NCBI GenBank assembly: GCA_024679065.1
Contig: JAGIQG010000043.1
Span: forward strand, 1,240,001-1,304,000
DNA length: 64,000 nt
Direction of reading: 5' to 3'
Origin: Sphyrna mokarran
Lineage: Eukaryota
The notes beneath the pieces were generated by a model. That model did not search any database. It had not been told where the DNA came from and saw only the letters and a program-made list of their open reading frames with translations. A program made the translations under genes and the position numbers. Below, one piece after another: positions 21,893 to 34,409 of the stretch (position 1 is its first letter; each line of letters starts with the position of its first letter).

Positions 21893-23758
21893 GAAAGCAA
21901 GCAAAAGAAGCCCAAAATGAAATGTGAGTAACTGACCCATTTCCAAATTCAGCACAAAAACTCTCTCCGCATTTCATACTGTGTTAAACACACTCAAAAC
22001 CATTACCGATCCCAATGGTACACAGCAAAACATGCCATTTTTGAAAATTGAGCGTTTTATTTTCAGTACTTCTGGCACCTGGTCCAGGATTTGCTTGGAA
22101 GTAGCACGTGTCTAATTGTTTTCATTTCCGTGTCTAGTTCGAGCTTGAGACAGGCAACACACAGAGTGGACCAGAATGAGCGACAAACAAGTAAGTTGCA
22201 TTCAAATGTTGGTAGCGATTCAACATCATTGAACGGATGCTTCACAAAATCTCCAGAGTGCAGAAGGAGGCTAGTCAAGCCATTGAGTCTGCATCGACAA
22301 TAATCCCTTCCAGGCACTATAGCTGGCATTCCACACATTGCTTTTCTCATCCTGCTGATGCTAAGTGGCAATTTAGCACGGCCAACCCACCTAACCCACA
22401 CATCTTTGGACACCAAGGGGCAACTTCACATGACCAATTCCCCTAACCAACAGATCTTTGGGCACTAAGGGAATAATTAGCATGGCGAATCCATCTAATC
22501 TGCATATCTTTGGACACTAAGCAGCAATTTTGCATGACAAATCCATCTATCCTGCACATATATGGATGTTAAGCGACAATGCAGCATGGGCAATTCACAT
22601 AACTTGCATATTTGTGGGCAGGATGGAAAAACTGAGTTTGGTCAATGCCTATGATCAGCATATCTTTAGACAATGAAGGAAATATTAGCGTGAACAATCC
22701 ACCTATTACACACATCTTTGGACAGGAAGGAACAATTTAATATGAACAATATGCTTACTCTGGATATCTTTGAACAATACGGAGCAATTGAGCATGGCCA
22801 ACCCACTCAATCTGCAAATCTTTGGACTGTGGTATTAAACCAAAGCTCCCTACGAAGACACGGGGCGAACGTGCGAAAACCATACTGATACGTCCCCGAG
22901 GCAGGAATTGAACTCAGCTCTGTGCCTTTGTGAAGCAGCAGTGCTAAGCGGTTCCAAAGCAGAATATATTAATTGAGTGATGTGTGTACTTCCCACCGTA
23001 AAAGTAAATCCTCAATCAATCTATCTTTTGGTCCCATAAATAAATATATAATTATTTACCAACAATTCTGGCAGCGAAATACCAGACTGGTTTAAACACC
23101 ATGCAGAGTAAATATCCCTTGTCCATCCATTGGCGAATTGTGGCCCATTGAAAAATTGTTTGAGGTTTTGATGTCTTGGGGACTATTTATGTATTAGGCA
23201 AACGCTGGTGTTTGTGGGAGCCGTCTTTGGATTGACACACTGTGAGAACAATTAAAGTTGGGGCACCACGGTAGCATTGTGGTTAGCACTGTTGCTTCAC
23301 ATCTTCAGGGTCCGATGTTCGATTCCCAGCTTGGGTCACTATCTGTATGGATTTTTGCACATTCTCATCGTGTCTGCATGGGTTTCTTCTCACAGTTCAA
23401 AGATGTGCCGGTTAGGTTGATTGGCCATGCTAAGAAATTGTCCCTTTGTGTCCAGGGATGTGCAGGTTATGGAGTTTTGTGAGCATAATATGTAGGGACA
23501 TGGGGCTAGGGACTGAGTGGGATTGTGTTTGGTGCAGAGTCAAAGGGCTGAAGAGCCTATTTCTGCGCTGTAGGGTTACATGATTCTTGAACGCGTTGGG
23601 GTCAAAAGAGTAAAATAGTATCGAGAGATATCATTATATCTCAAATTGATTAGAGCTCAGCCAGAGCAGAATCTCATTTAAGTTGGCATTTTCCACTTTG
23701 TTCCACAGGCCGCTATCGCCAAACACATGAAAAGGTAACACAAGACGGTGCAGCACAG
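21893..23758 (+). CDS. Gene B cytoplasmic mini-exons 21893-21923, 22138-22190, 23709-23758 (GKQAKEAQNE-ISSLRQATHRVDQNERQT-SRYRQTHEKVTQDGAAQ)
   Basis: Consensus donors gtgagt/gtaagt/gtaagt, pyrimidine-rich acceptors, phases chain 1-2-1-0 without stops. Confidence 0.7.
22245..22950 (-). repeat. SINE with tandem ~52-bp internal units
   Basis: Repeated caatttagcatgg..aatccac..catctttggacac units followed by the SINE head. Confidence 0.8.
23259..23590 (+). mobile_element. HE1/V-SINE-type element
   Basis: gtggttagcactgttgcttcac..gttcgattccc..ttggccatgctaa. Confidence 0.8.
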
Positions 23759-23886
23759 GTAAGTGCTTTGCAAATATTTTAATACTATGCAAACATTGCT
23801 TATTTTTTTTTGAATAAGGTGCAAGAAGTCCGTTGTTTGGGTGATGCCAAAGTGTCCCATGCCGGCGTGGCACGGTAGCAGAGTGC

Positions 23887-24533
23887 ATAGAACATAGAAC
23901 ATTACAGCGCAGAACAGGCCCTTCGGCCTTCGATGTTGCGCCGACCAATTAAGAAAAAGCAATGACCTTCTAACTTAAACCATTCCCTTTTCATCCATAT
24001 ACCTATCTACGAACCTCTTAAACGCCCCCAAACTTGGCGCATCTACAACTGCAGCAGGCAGGGCATTCCATACCCTTACCACCCTCTGGGTAAAGAACCT
24101 ACCTCTGACAACCGTCCTATAACTACCACCCCTTAATTTAAAGCTATGCCCCCTCGTGCTAGCTTTCTCCATCCTAGGAAAAAGGCTATCACTGTCCACC
24201 CTATCTAAACCTCTAATCATCTTATATGTTTCAATAAGGTCTCCTCTTAGCCGCCTTCTTTCTAACGAAAACAACCTCAAATCCCTCAGCCTCTCTTCAT
24301 AAGACCTGCCCTCCATACCAGGCAACATCCTGGTAAGCCTCCTCTGTACCCTCTCCAATGCCTCCACATCTTTCTTATAATGTGGGGACCAGAACTGTGC
24401 ACAATACTCCAAGTGCGGCTGCAGTAGAGTTTTGTACAGTTGCAACATGACGTGGCGGCTGCGAAATTCAATCCCCCTACCAATAAAAGCGAAGACTCCG
24501 TATGCCTTCTTAACAACCTTATCGACTTGATTG
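23887..24533 (-). mobile_element. CR1 LINE 3' fragment inserted in a SINE head
   Basis: C-terminal part of ORF 23975-24772; CATAGAA tail. Confidence 0.9.
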
Positions 24534-25225
24534 CCAACAAGAGTAGTTAGCACTGTTCTCTCACAGCATGAGGGACCCGGGTTAAATTCCTGGCTTGTCA
24601 ATGTCTGTGTGGAGTTTCCCGTTCTCTCTTTGTTGCGTAGGTTTCTTCCGGGTGCTCTGATTTCCTCCCACTGTCCGAAAGTCGCGCTGGTTTGGTGCAT
24701 TGGCCATGCCAATTTTTCCCTCAATGTCTTCGAAAGGCACCCGATATGATGACTGCGGATTTTCACAGTCACTTAATTGCAGTGTTAATGTAAGCCGACG
24801 TATGACTCATAAATAAACATTAAACATTCGGTGTTAATTTTGTGCCGCTGTCAGAGCGTGCTCACTCTCTAAAGCATCTAAGTGTGACTCAAACCTCACT
24901 AGTCCGCAACTGGAATCACAAAACATACCGAGGCACCTCTTCCAACTGATCCCACAGGGATTGAGTAGATGCTGCAGTCTGAATATTTCAGTCAGACTTT
25001 TTTTTTTGCGGATTTCCAGCAGTATGCATTGCAAATTGCCACATTTCTGCTATTTTTCATCTTCTTTATCTCCGTGGGCAATCCAGTTCTCCCTCACTCA
25101 ACTTCCAGTTCCCTTCAACCTGTACACACTTGGAAATGAATTTGTTTCCTGGAATTACGATGTCCAAACCCATGTTAGTTTTGCGGAGGAATTAAAAGAT
25201 GTTCAGAACTGTGAAAGTTCAACAG

Positions 25226-25424
25226 AAGTGTGTTCGCGTGCCTGTGCACATGTGTGTGAAATCCTGTTAGTGTCTCTCTGCATGTGTTGCTATGGGAGAG
25301 TGAATGCTTGTCTGCTTCTCTGTCTGTGTATGTGTGTGTGTGTTCTGGGGTGAGGTGTGTATGGGTTTTGTTTGAGAGAGCTTCCCTGCCTCTCTCTCGG
25401 TATTTGTCGCCGCTATGTGTGTGA

Positions 25425-25459
<35 letters not shown>

Positions 25460-26000
25460 CAAAAGAGAAAGATTCTCCATCTACGTAGTAAATCCCAGTG
25501 TGATATTGTGTATTTCGTCTCTGTATGAGATTGTATGTGAATCTCCCTGTATGTGTCGGAGTGAGATTGCATATTTTTGTGTGCGTGACTGTAGTTGTGT
25601 GCGTGCGTCTGCCATGTGAGGTAGAAGGACAGAGAAGAAAAGAGCGTGAAAGAAAGAGGGAGAGAGACTAAGGAAGAGGGCGAGAGGCTGCCTGTTTGAG
25701 GGAGACGCATTTGCGTGACTGCATATGTATCAGTGTTTGAGATCGTATGTATCTGTACCTGGCAGTGGTAAAACCATGATCAAGCAGGTGGTTCGCCCAG
25801 GCCGACGTTATCCCATTGCACTCCGGGTGTGCTGACGCCTGCGATGTCCCGAAACGCGGGATACTCGACTGCAAAATTTGTGTATGAGGTTGCGTGTGTA
25901 AGATTGCACGTGCATGTGCGTGGGCCTCTGTGATTGCCTGTCTGAGTGTGTCTGAGTCTGTGTAACTGGGAGTGAGAATGTGCCTGTCCGTGTGCTTCTT
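25226..26000. repeat. Degenerate (GT)/(GA)-rich low-complexity tract; perfect (GT)n near 25426-25455
   Basis: Directly visible. Confidence 0.85.
25751..25882 (+). pseudogene. RNU1: U1 snRNA-derived copy, 3'-truncated after the Sm site
   Basis: tacctggcag, accatgatca..ggtggtt (SL1), ccattgcactccgg (U1A loop), ctcgactgca and aatttgtg (Sm site) are colinear with vertebrate U1; SL4 absent, 5' end altered. Confidence 0.88.
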
Positions 26001-26594
26001 CAGAATTCTCTCAAGTGTTCTGTCGATGTATAATCCCTGAACAAGCATTTGAACATAGCACAATTTAACTGGGCTATTAAAGAATTGTCCCTTTTGGAAA
26101 CATACTGTTCCCAGAGGCGCTGCCGGATTTACTACGTTAAATTCGGTGAACACTACTTAAATAAGCGGTGGTCAAAGAGTCAGTGCTTCGACAGCTTAGG
26201 AAAGACGCGAGGTACATGTACAGTGGCTGGTCTGAGGTGGAAATTTCAATTATTTTAAAGGGACCTGAATCCGTTGGTGAATTGCTGCAACATAACAACC
26301 TACGGAGCGGGTGCTGGACAGCGCGATTACATTAGAGAGCCAGTTTCCTGGCGAGCAAAGACATAACGAGGGAATGTCCTCTTTATATGTCATATCTGTC
26401 CTGTGGTTCACTCCTGCCAAGGCAATTGATTGTGTGCGGCTGATTGTGGTTAATGTTGAGAGGTATGGCCAAAGATGAAGGGCAGCATTGAGGCACAGCG
26501 TTGTTTCTCAGGGTCAGTGATTCAGGCTCAACTCCGGCCTTGGGAGACAGACCGTGTGGCCCCCGTGTCTGCATTTCTGTTGTTTGGGTGCTTT

Positions 26595-28642
26595 AGAACA
26601 TAGAACATAGAAAATTACAGTGCAGTACAGGCCCTTCGGCCCTCGATGTTACGCCGGCCAGCGCGCCCTCTAACCTAAACTATTCCAATATCACCCACAT
26701 GCCTATCCACCGAACATTTGAATGCCCCCAAAATAGGCGAGTCCACAACTGCTGCAGGCAGGGCATTCCACGCCCTCACCACCCTCTGTGTAAAGAACCT
26801 GCCTCTGACATCCTTCCTATAACTACCACCTCTTAATTTAAAGTTATGTCCCCTCGTGTTGGTCATCACCATCCGAGGAAAAAGGCTCTCACTATCCAAC
26901 CTATCCAGTCCTTTGATCATCTTATACGCCTCAATTAGGTCACCGCGTAACCTTCTTCTCTCTAATGAAAATAACCTCAGGACCCTCAGCCTTTCCTCAT
27001 AAGGCCTTCGCTCCATACCAAGCAACATCCTGGTAAACCTCCTCTGCACCCTTTCCAATGCTTCCACATCTTTCTTATAATGCGGCGACCAGAACTGTAC
27101 GCAATACTCCAAGTGCGGCCGCACCAGAGTTTTGTACAGTTGTAACATAACCTCACGGCTCCTAAATTCAATCCCTCTACCAATAAAAGCTAACACACCG
27201 TATGCCTTCTTAACAACTTTATCAACCTGGGTGCCAACTTTCAAAGAGCTATGTACTTGTACCCCAAGATGCCTCTGCTCGACAACACTATTAAGGGTCC
27301 TTCCATTAGCCCTATATTTCATATGCCTGTTATTCCTACCAAAGTGAATCACCTCACACTTATCCGTATTGAATTCCATTTGCCACCACACGGCCCAGCT
27401 CTGCAACCTATCTATGTCCCTCTGCAAAATGTAACATCCATCCTCGCAGTCTACAACTCCCCCCTCTTTGGTATCGTCAGCAAACTTACTAATCCAACCT
27501 TCTACACCCTCATCTAGGTCATTTATAAATATGACAAACAGCAGTGGCCCCAAAACAGATCCTTGAGGCACACCACTTGGAACTACACTCCAAGTTGAAT
27601 ATTTCCCATCAACCACCACCCTCTGTCTTCTATCAGCTAGACAATTCCTAATCCAAACTGCTAAATCACCTTCAATCCCATTCATTTGCACTTTCTGCAG
27701 TAGCCTACCATGGGGAACCTTATCAAATGCTTTGCTAAAATCCATATACACTACATCAACTGCCTTACCCTTATCTACCTCTTTGGTCACGTCCTCAAAA
27801 AACTCAATAAGGTTTGTGAGGCACGACCTACCCTTCACAAAACCGTGCTGACTAACCCTAATCAATTTATTTCTCTTTAGACGCTTATCCCTTATAATTC
27901 TTTCCAAGACTTTGCCCACAACAGAAGTCAGGCTCACCGGTCTATAATTTCCAGGATGGTCCCTATTCCCCTTTTTGAACAAAGGGACAACATTTACCAT
28001 CCTCCAGTCTTCTGGCACCATACCTGTAGCCAACGACGACATGAAGATCGAAGCCAAAGGCTCTGTAATCTCCTCTCTAGCCTCCCAGAGAATCCTAGGG
28101 TAAATCCCATCTGGCCCAGGACACTTATCAATTTTCATACCCTCAAGATTCGTTAACACCTCCTCCTTATGAACCTCAATCCTGCCCAGTCTACAACCTG
28201 GTATCGCAGTATTTTCCTCGACGACGTTGTCTTTCTCCTGCGTGAATACCGACGAAAAAATACTCATTCAGTGTCTCTCCTATCTCCTCAGACTCCACGC
28301 ACAACTTCCCACTGCCATCTCTGACTGGCCCTAATCTTGCCCTAACCAATCTTTTATTATTTATATACCTGTAAAAAGCTTTAGGATTCTCCTTAATCCT
28401 ATCCGCCAAAGTCTTCTTGTGTCCTCTTCTAGCTCTTCTCAACTCCCTCTTTATCTCCTTCCTGCATAATTTATAGCTCTCCAGTGCCCTAAATGAGCCT
28501 TCACGTCTCATCATTATATAAGCCTCCTTCTTCCTCTTCACCAGAGATTCAACTTCCCGAGTACACCATGGTTCCGTCACTCGACCACTTCCTCCCTGCC
28601 TGGCAGGTACATATTTATTAAGGATAGGCAGAAGCTGTTCCC
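26595..28642 (-). mobile_element. 5'-truncated CR1 LINE (RT), 6-bp TSD tgcttt, inserted in a SINE
   Basis: 530-aa RT ORF 26675-28267; tgcttt at 26589-26594 and 28643-28648; SINE halves on both sides. Confidence 0.93.
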
Positions 28643-30495
28643 TGCTTTGGTTTCCTTCCACAGTCCAAAGATGTGCAGGTTAGATGGACTGACCATACTA
28701 AATTGTGCCTTATTCGCTCAAAATGTGTACGTTAGATGGGTTATTTATGGGAAATGCATGTGTTACGGATCAGATGGTGGAGAGGATCTACTTAAGGTTC
28801 TGTGACATAGAAGTGGTCCAGACTGGGTGGCGGAATGGTCTCATTCTGCACTCTTTGGATTCTATGGCTCTGAACGTACTTGATAGGATAGATGCTGAGA
28901 TGCTACTGAGGGAATCTTGAATATAACACATGGAGAAACATAGTAATCAGATTGGCTGTTTACAGTAATCGAATTGAGAGACAAATTATGCCACTGTTTT
29001 GAATAAATGTTAGTGATGCCTGTGCTAAATCGCTTTCCAAATGTTTCTTCTCCATCGCCACATTATTCAGTCAATTTCAGCCTATTGGGGCTGGGTAGTT
29101 ATTGGGACATTTTCAAGTCTGAGATCGTCAGATTCTTAATCTTAAGGAAATCAAGGATTCTGGAAATAGGGTGGGAAAGTGGACTTTCAATTTTCATATG
29201 GAAACAGTCATGAGCTCATTATATGGCAGAGCAGACATGATGCTTGAATGGCCTAGTTTTGTTCTGTGTCTTATGTATTTGGGATGCTACCGAATAACAC
29301 TTCCATGACACATTAAGCCATCAATTCTTCAACTGAGATTGAGGCAAATAGAAATATATTGAATAGTCTCTTTTAAAAGGGAATTGGGGAATTAATTTTT
29401 TCGGAAAGAACTTAGCTGAGCATTCTGGGGAAATCTAAAATCAAACTTGGTCGAAATGAGAGATGATGGCCTCGTGATTTTATCATTCCACTATTAATCT
29501 AGAAGCAAAGAGAATTTTCGGGCTACCAACATTTGAATCCCGAAAGACAGGTGTTTGGGTTTCCAATCAAAATAATCTAGAAATAATAATCTAGTGATGA
29601 CCATTAAACTATTTTGATATTGATGTACTTGCTTTTATCCTACAGGTGCTTGGGTCCACCTTGCTGTCTAACGAGGGGCATACACGCGATGGGTCGTGAG
29701 AGGACTGTTCTTGGATCTTTTTCGAGAGCATCCTGCTGCTTCACGTTGTTAGTGTATGCTTTACCTGGGCCACCTGATGGGCAACACGACAGCTCAGTGA
29801 CTATCGCTGTGCTGTGCAGATACATGGATTTGGGCCTGTGTCTGTGGGAGTTTGCGCATTCTCCCCGTGCTTGCATGGGTTTTCTCCGGGACCTCCGGTT
29901 TTCTCCCACATCCCAAAGATGTGTTCTTAGGCTAATTGGCAAAACAAATTCTCCCTAAATTGTCTCAAATTTGTTTTTTAATCCATAGATCTATAAACAT
30001 AGACAGGGATCGCGGGTAGAGGTGGGAACATCGGGGTGGCGGCGTGGGCTCGTTGGGCCGAAGGGCCTGTTTCCCGTGCTGTTTTTGTTCTTTGTTCTTT
30101 GTTTCTGTCGATTGTCAGAAGCAACCCATCTGGTTCACTAATGACCTTTGAGGGAGGAAGTTTGCTATCCTTACCTTGTCTGGCCTCCATGTGATTCCAG
30201 AACCATAACAATGGGGTTGGTACCCAACTGCTGTCTAAAGAAGAACAATTCGGGATGGGAAATAAACATTGGCCCATGTCCCACGAACGAACAAAATAAT
30301 TAGATGGTTCATTCACAGATCCAAAACGGACTCAGTGAGCCAAATAGTCGCTGTCTAAATTGTATCATTCTATAATTTTCTACATGTGTTTGAGGATTGG
30401 GTTAATCTTAAAAATCCATTGGGCAAAGGCCTCCTTCTTTACTGTAGGGATTATGTTTTTCTCCATGTTGATTTAATAATTTGTGAATATTTCAG

Positions 30496-30558
30496 CTCTA
30501 TGCCACCCTTGATTGGGCTGCTTTGGAAAAGAGATCGAAAGTGAAGGGTCGGAAATGA
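30496..30558 (+). CDS. Gene B probable terminal exon LYATLDWAALEKRSKVKGRK*
   Basis: atttcag acceptor; phase 0 gives YATL motif; AATAAA at 30620-30625; 6.7 kb from the previous exon so linkage is inferred. Confidence 0.6.
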   Translation, partial: LYATLDWAALEKRSKVKGRK

Positions 30559-31224
30559 AAATCTGGACCTTGAATTATGGAGGCGGCAGGAATTCCTGAA
30601 AACCCCACAACCTAGTTGAAATAAACTCGAAGCCAAGGAGACTCCCTTTAAACAGTTCAACGTTCCCAGTGCATCCGCAAAAGGTTGGCTCCAGTCTCAG
30701 CTATAAATGATTAAAGTTTGGGATATTCCATTGGAACTGACTCCTTCAACTTGGGGAAGAAACATTGAGCAAAGTTTGCGTCGTTTTCCTGAAAACATTC
30801 TGCAGATTGTCTGGCTCCAGTTATTTATCAGAATGTTGTTTCTTTGCAAATATCGACGTGTGATTGTCAATTAATCTGTCTATCTATCGAAGAATGATTC
30901 GCATTGATCAATTAGAAACTTATAATTAAATTAAATCTTTATTCTTATATTGAGCTGGCAATAGCAGTCCAGGATTCAGGTATGCGTTCCTGATTGAAGA
31001 GTGAGAGGCATGATCATGTATAGAATTGGAATGCAGCAAGAAACAGATCCAGCCGATTTAGAATGGAGTTTGCAACAATTTCTTTTTAAATTTTACACAG
31101 TGAGTTTCGGTTTGTGCTGAATATCAACCGTTCATTTCAGAGTTAAAATAAAGAATGAAATGATACAGAATAAGAGCTGAATTTGAATTTCGGCTCTCTG
31201 TGACTCCGAAACTTTGATGTCAAA

Positions 31225-31765
31225 GTCTGTCCACTTTCCACAAGCCACAAGTCAAGAGTGTGATGGAATACTCCTGAATTGCCTGAATAGATGTGGCTCC
31301 GGTATCATTCAAGAAGTTCGACACCATCGAGGACAAGGCAGCCAACTTACTTAGCACCTCTTCCACAAACACCCACTCCTTCCATCACCAAGGCTCAGTC
31401 GCAGCAGTCTGCAACGTCTGCAGCATGGAATGCAACAATTCACAAAGATCCTGAGACAGCACCTTCCAAACCCATGACAACTGCCATCTCGAAGGATCAG
31501 GACAGCAGATACATAGGGACATCCCCACTTGCTTATTCCCTTCCAATTCATTCACCACACTGACTCGGAAATTTATCGCCGGTCCTTCAATGTCACTGGG
31601 CTAAAATCCTAGGACTTCCTGTCTAATGACGTTGTGGATCAGCCCATAGCACGTGCACTGCAGCCATTCATGAAGGTAAGATCACCACCACCTCTTCAAG
31701 GGCAACTACGAATGGGCAATAAATGCTAGCCAGCCAGCGAAGCAAGTGTCCCATGAATGAATAAT
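31225..31765 (+). mobile_element. LINE 3' fragment of a second family (antisense relative near 20960-21600)
   Basis: caagtcaagagtgtgatggaatactc..caccacctcttcaagggcaact..gggcaataaatgc 3' end shared with the second SINE family. Confidence 0.6.
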
Positions 31766-32699
31766 AATAATCACCATCATCATCATCGTCATCATCGTCA
31801 TCATTTCCTGGCCAACTCAGTCCTGATTAATAGAGTCATAGAATCCTAAAATGTAGAAGGAGGCCATTCGGCCCATCGAGTCCACACCGACCACAATCGC
31901 ACACGGGGCCCGTTCCCAGATATTTATCCTGGTAATCTTCTGATACTAGGATTTCAAAATCAAATTTAGCATGGCCAGACAAACTAACCCACACATCTTT
32001 GGATTTTTGAATTTAACTTCTGTGGAAGCAAAGGCCTAATGGCATTATCGCCGGACGGTTAATCCAGAATAGTGCCTATTGATTTCCAATGTTTGGTATC
32101 TGCAGCCAAGTTCAGTGCCTGAAACTCTTGAACGGGAAAGCTGAGAGATTCTATCTTAGATATCTTTTTCCATCTCAAGAATAACTTCTTGCAGTCTGAG
32201 ACGCCGCTTGTCCCCTCAATGTATTCTGCACAAGTCAGAGTGGGCTGAGAGAGATGTGTCTTTCAGATGCTCATACTAAACAGTCACTGTCAACAAATCC
32301 ATCTGTTGCAAGCTCTATTGATTCGCCTTTTCATCAGTCAATGCTCGAAGATTTCTAATGAATCGTGCAAAGAGTAAGCTGTTCATTTAGGAGCACATTC
32401 TGACTTTAATTCATTCTACATAGCTCTATACATGGAAGCGAATGCAACTTGCAACTGCCTTCTCTTCTCCTGAAGATTCCTTGACACATGCTGCTCAGGA
32501 GGCTTGCCAAGTATTTCCGGTTCTTCCTTCATCCTTCGGTCAACTTTCTCACCACAGAATCCCATCAAATTTGACCTGGCTACATTTTGTAACAGAAAAT
32601 CAGTCAAGGCCTGGAATGCTGAAAGTGGCAATTTGAACCATGGAATTCCGAAATAGTTTCCCCGCCAGCCTCTCCCCTCTGTCCTGTCACACGTTTACC

Positions 32700-33057
32700 A
32701 CATTTACCACGGCCAATCCGCCTACAATCTTTTGACACCAAGAGCCAATTTATCATGGACAATCCACCTACACATCTTGGACACAGAGGGACAATTTAGC
32801 ATTGCCAATCCAACTAACCTGAACATCTTTGGACATTAAGGGACAATTTAGCACGGCCGATCCACCTAAACTGCATACCTTTGGGCACTAAGGGACAATT
32901 TAACATTGCCAATCCACCTAACCTACATATCTTTGGACTTTAGGGGTAATCCCACACACACGGGAAATGTGCAGATTCTTCCGAAGCAGTCACCTGAGAG
33001 CAAAACTAAACCCTGGTCCCTGGTGCTGTGAGGCAGCAGTGTGCCATTGTGTCGCCC
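32700..33057 (-). repeat. SINE with tandem ~52-bp internal units
   Basis: Same unit repeated about five times. Confidence 0.78.
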
Positions 33058-33064
33058 AAACGAA

Positions 33065-33139
33065 TGGCTGATAGCGGGATTGAAACCCCCCAATCTTGGC
33101 GTATCAGCACAAAGTTCTAACTAACTGACCAATCCAAGC
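33065..33139 (-). pseudogene. Degenerate tRNA-Ile-like sequence
   Basis: Reverse complement gcttggattggtcagttagttagaactttgtgctgatacgccaagattggggggtttcaatcccgctatcagcca aligns by eye with vertebrate tRNA-Ile; stems are broken. Confidence 0.55.
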
Positions 33140-34409
33140 ACTCGATGCTTGAAGGGAATATTATTTCAGAGCTGCGAAGTAACTGGAAATAGGCATTCGT
33201 GCTTAGTTGATCTTGTTTATACATGGTAACAACTAATCGAGAGTGATAGAGATTTACATGTGAGAGACATTTACGTATCTTTAGACTATGGGAAGAAATT
33301 GGAGCACGTCTCGTGCACAGACACGAGAGAGATCGTTCACTTGTACGCTGTCAGTGTTCCAAGCCAGGTTCCAAATCAAGGCCCTTGCATCTGTGAGACG
33401 GCAAGGAACAGTTGTCATCGTAGCGTTCTACTACATGACCTAGAAAGTAATTTTCAAATGTAGTCATTGCTTAGAGTGTGCAAAGCATTTTTTTCAAAAG
33501 ATGGGAAATTATAAAATTGCGGTTTAACTGAAATTGTTGAATCACTCCGTTTTTCATTTCATTTTAAGTGGTAGGTTATTAATGGCGTCAAATCAGAAAT
33601 CAGGTCGCATTTTACTAAATGTCCATAAATTTTCCGCACAACACATCACAAAAGTCTCTATTCGACGCATCAATTCATGCCAGTTTATTCAAAGTTATCA
33701 ATCACGTTTTCAATTACCCTCTCTTACGCACATAAGCAGTCAATAAACATAACCATCCAAACATACATATACAACGCTACATATTCATTTTCTCTCACAC
33801 ACAGTACATTAAAGAATTCTCTCTCTCATAAATACAGGCACATATGCCAGATTACATTTTTTTTTTATTTTCCCCAACTCATTCGCAGGCTGTCGTGCAC
33901 GTTGGCACAGTGTTCAGCACTGCTGCCTCCTTCCAGCCAAAGAGATGCGCGTTGAATTCTCGGTCTGGTTGGCTGTCTGTGTTTTGTCTGCACGTTGTTA
34001 CGAATCCTTTAGCCGTAACGTTTGCCGTGAACCACAGGACCCCTCCGACATTGAGGATTGGAATGTTTTGGGCACCTCCTCTTGCCCTGAGTTGTCCGCC
34101 AATAATCAGAGCTGGATGCGGCGGGACCACAGAGTTTATCGGCTAAACAGATGGTTGTGGAATGGTCTTGCCAGACCGATTACCTGCTGCGTTAGTGTTT
34201 TCTATGCACGTAGGTGATCCTGTGTATGAGTTGCCACATGGAGTCCTCAGCAGCTCGCAAGATCTTATGTTAAGGACCTCAGAATGAAACCACATGGAGC
34301 TGCTTTGACAGTGGAGATAATTTTCTCCCAGAATAGGGATGACTTTGGAGCGAGTGCCAACCAGGCAAGTAATTATTTCCTGCTCATTGTAAATACCTCG
34401 AAACAAAGG

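Larger units (their letters stand above)
18361..30558 (+). pseudogene. Gene B: paralogous VJ-C1-TM-YxxL receptor with a disabled V exon (pseudogene, null allele or V-skipped gene); exons 18361-18415, 18995-19324, 19416-19745, 21694-21795, 21893-21923, 22138-22190, 23709-23758, 30496-30558
   Basis: GT/AG junctions with matching phases (1,1,1,1,2,1,0), total 1014 nt; in-frame TGA at 19072-19074 and TAA created at the leader/V junction (T|AA). Confidence 0.75.

Noticed and set aside
22067-22100. Alternative small exon (TSGTWSRICLE) in gene B
   Set aside because: Weak donor, only 37 nt to the next acceptor, and the following exon would then be read into a stop
5992-30558. Calling genes A/B a conventional TCR, Ig light chain, IgNAR, NKp30 or SIRP
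   Set aside because: No RSS, long Tyr-bearing tails, uncharged TM and a single C1 do not fit these; no gene symbol assigned without a search
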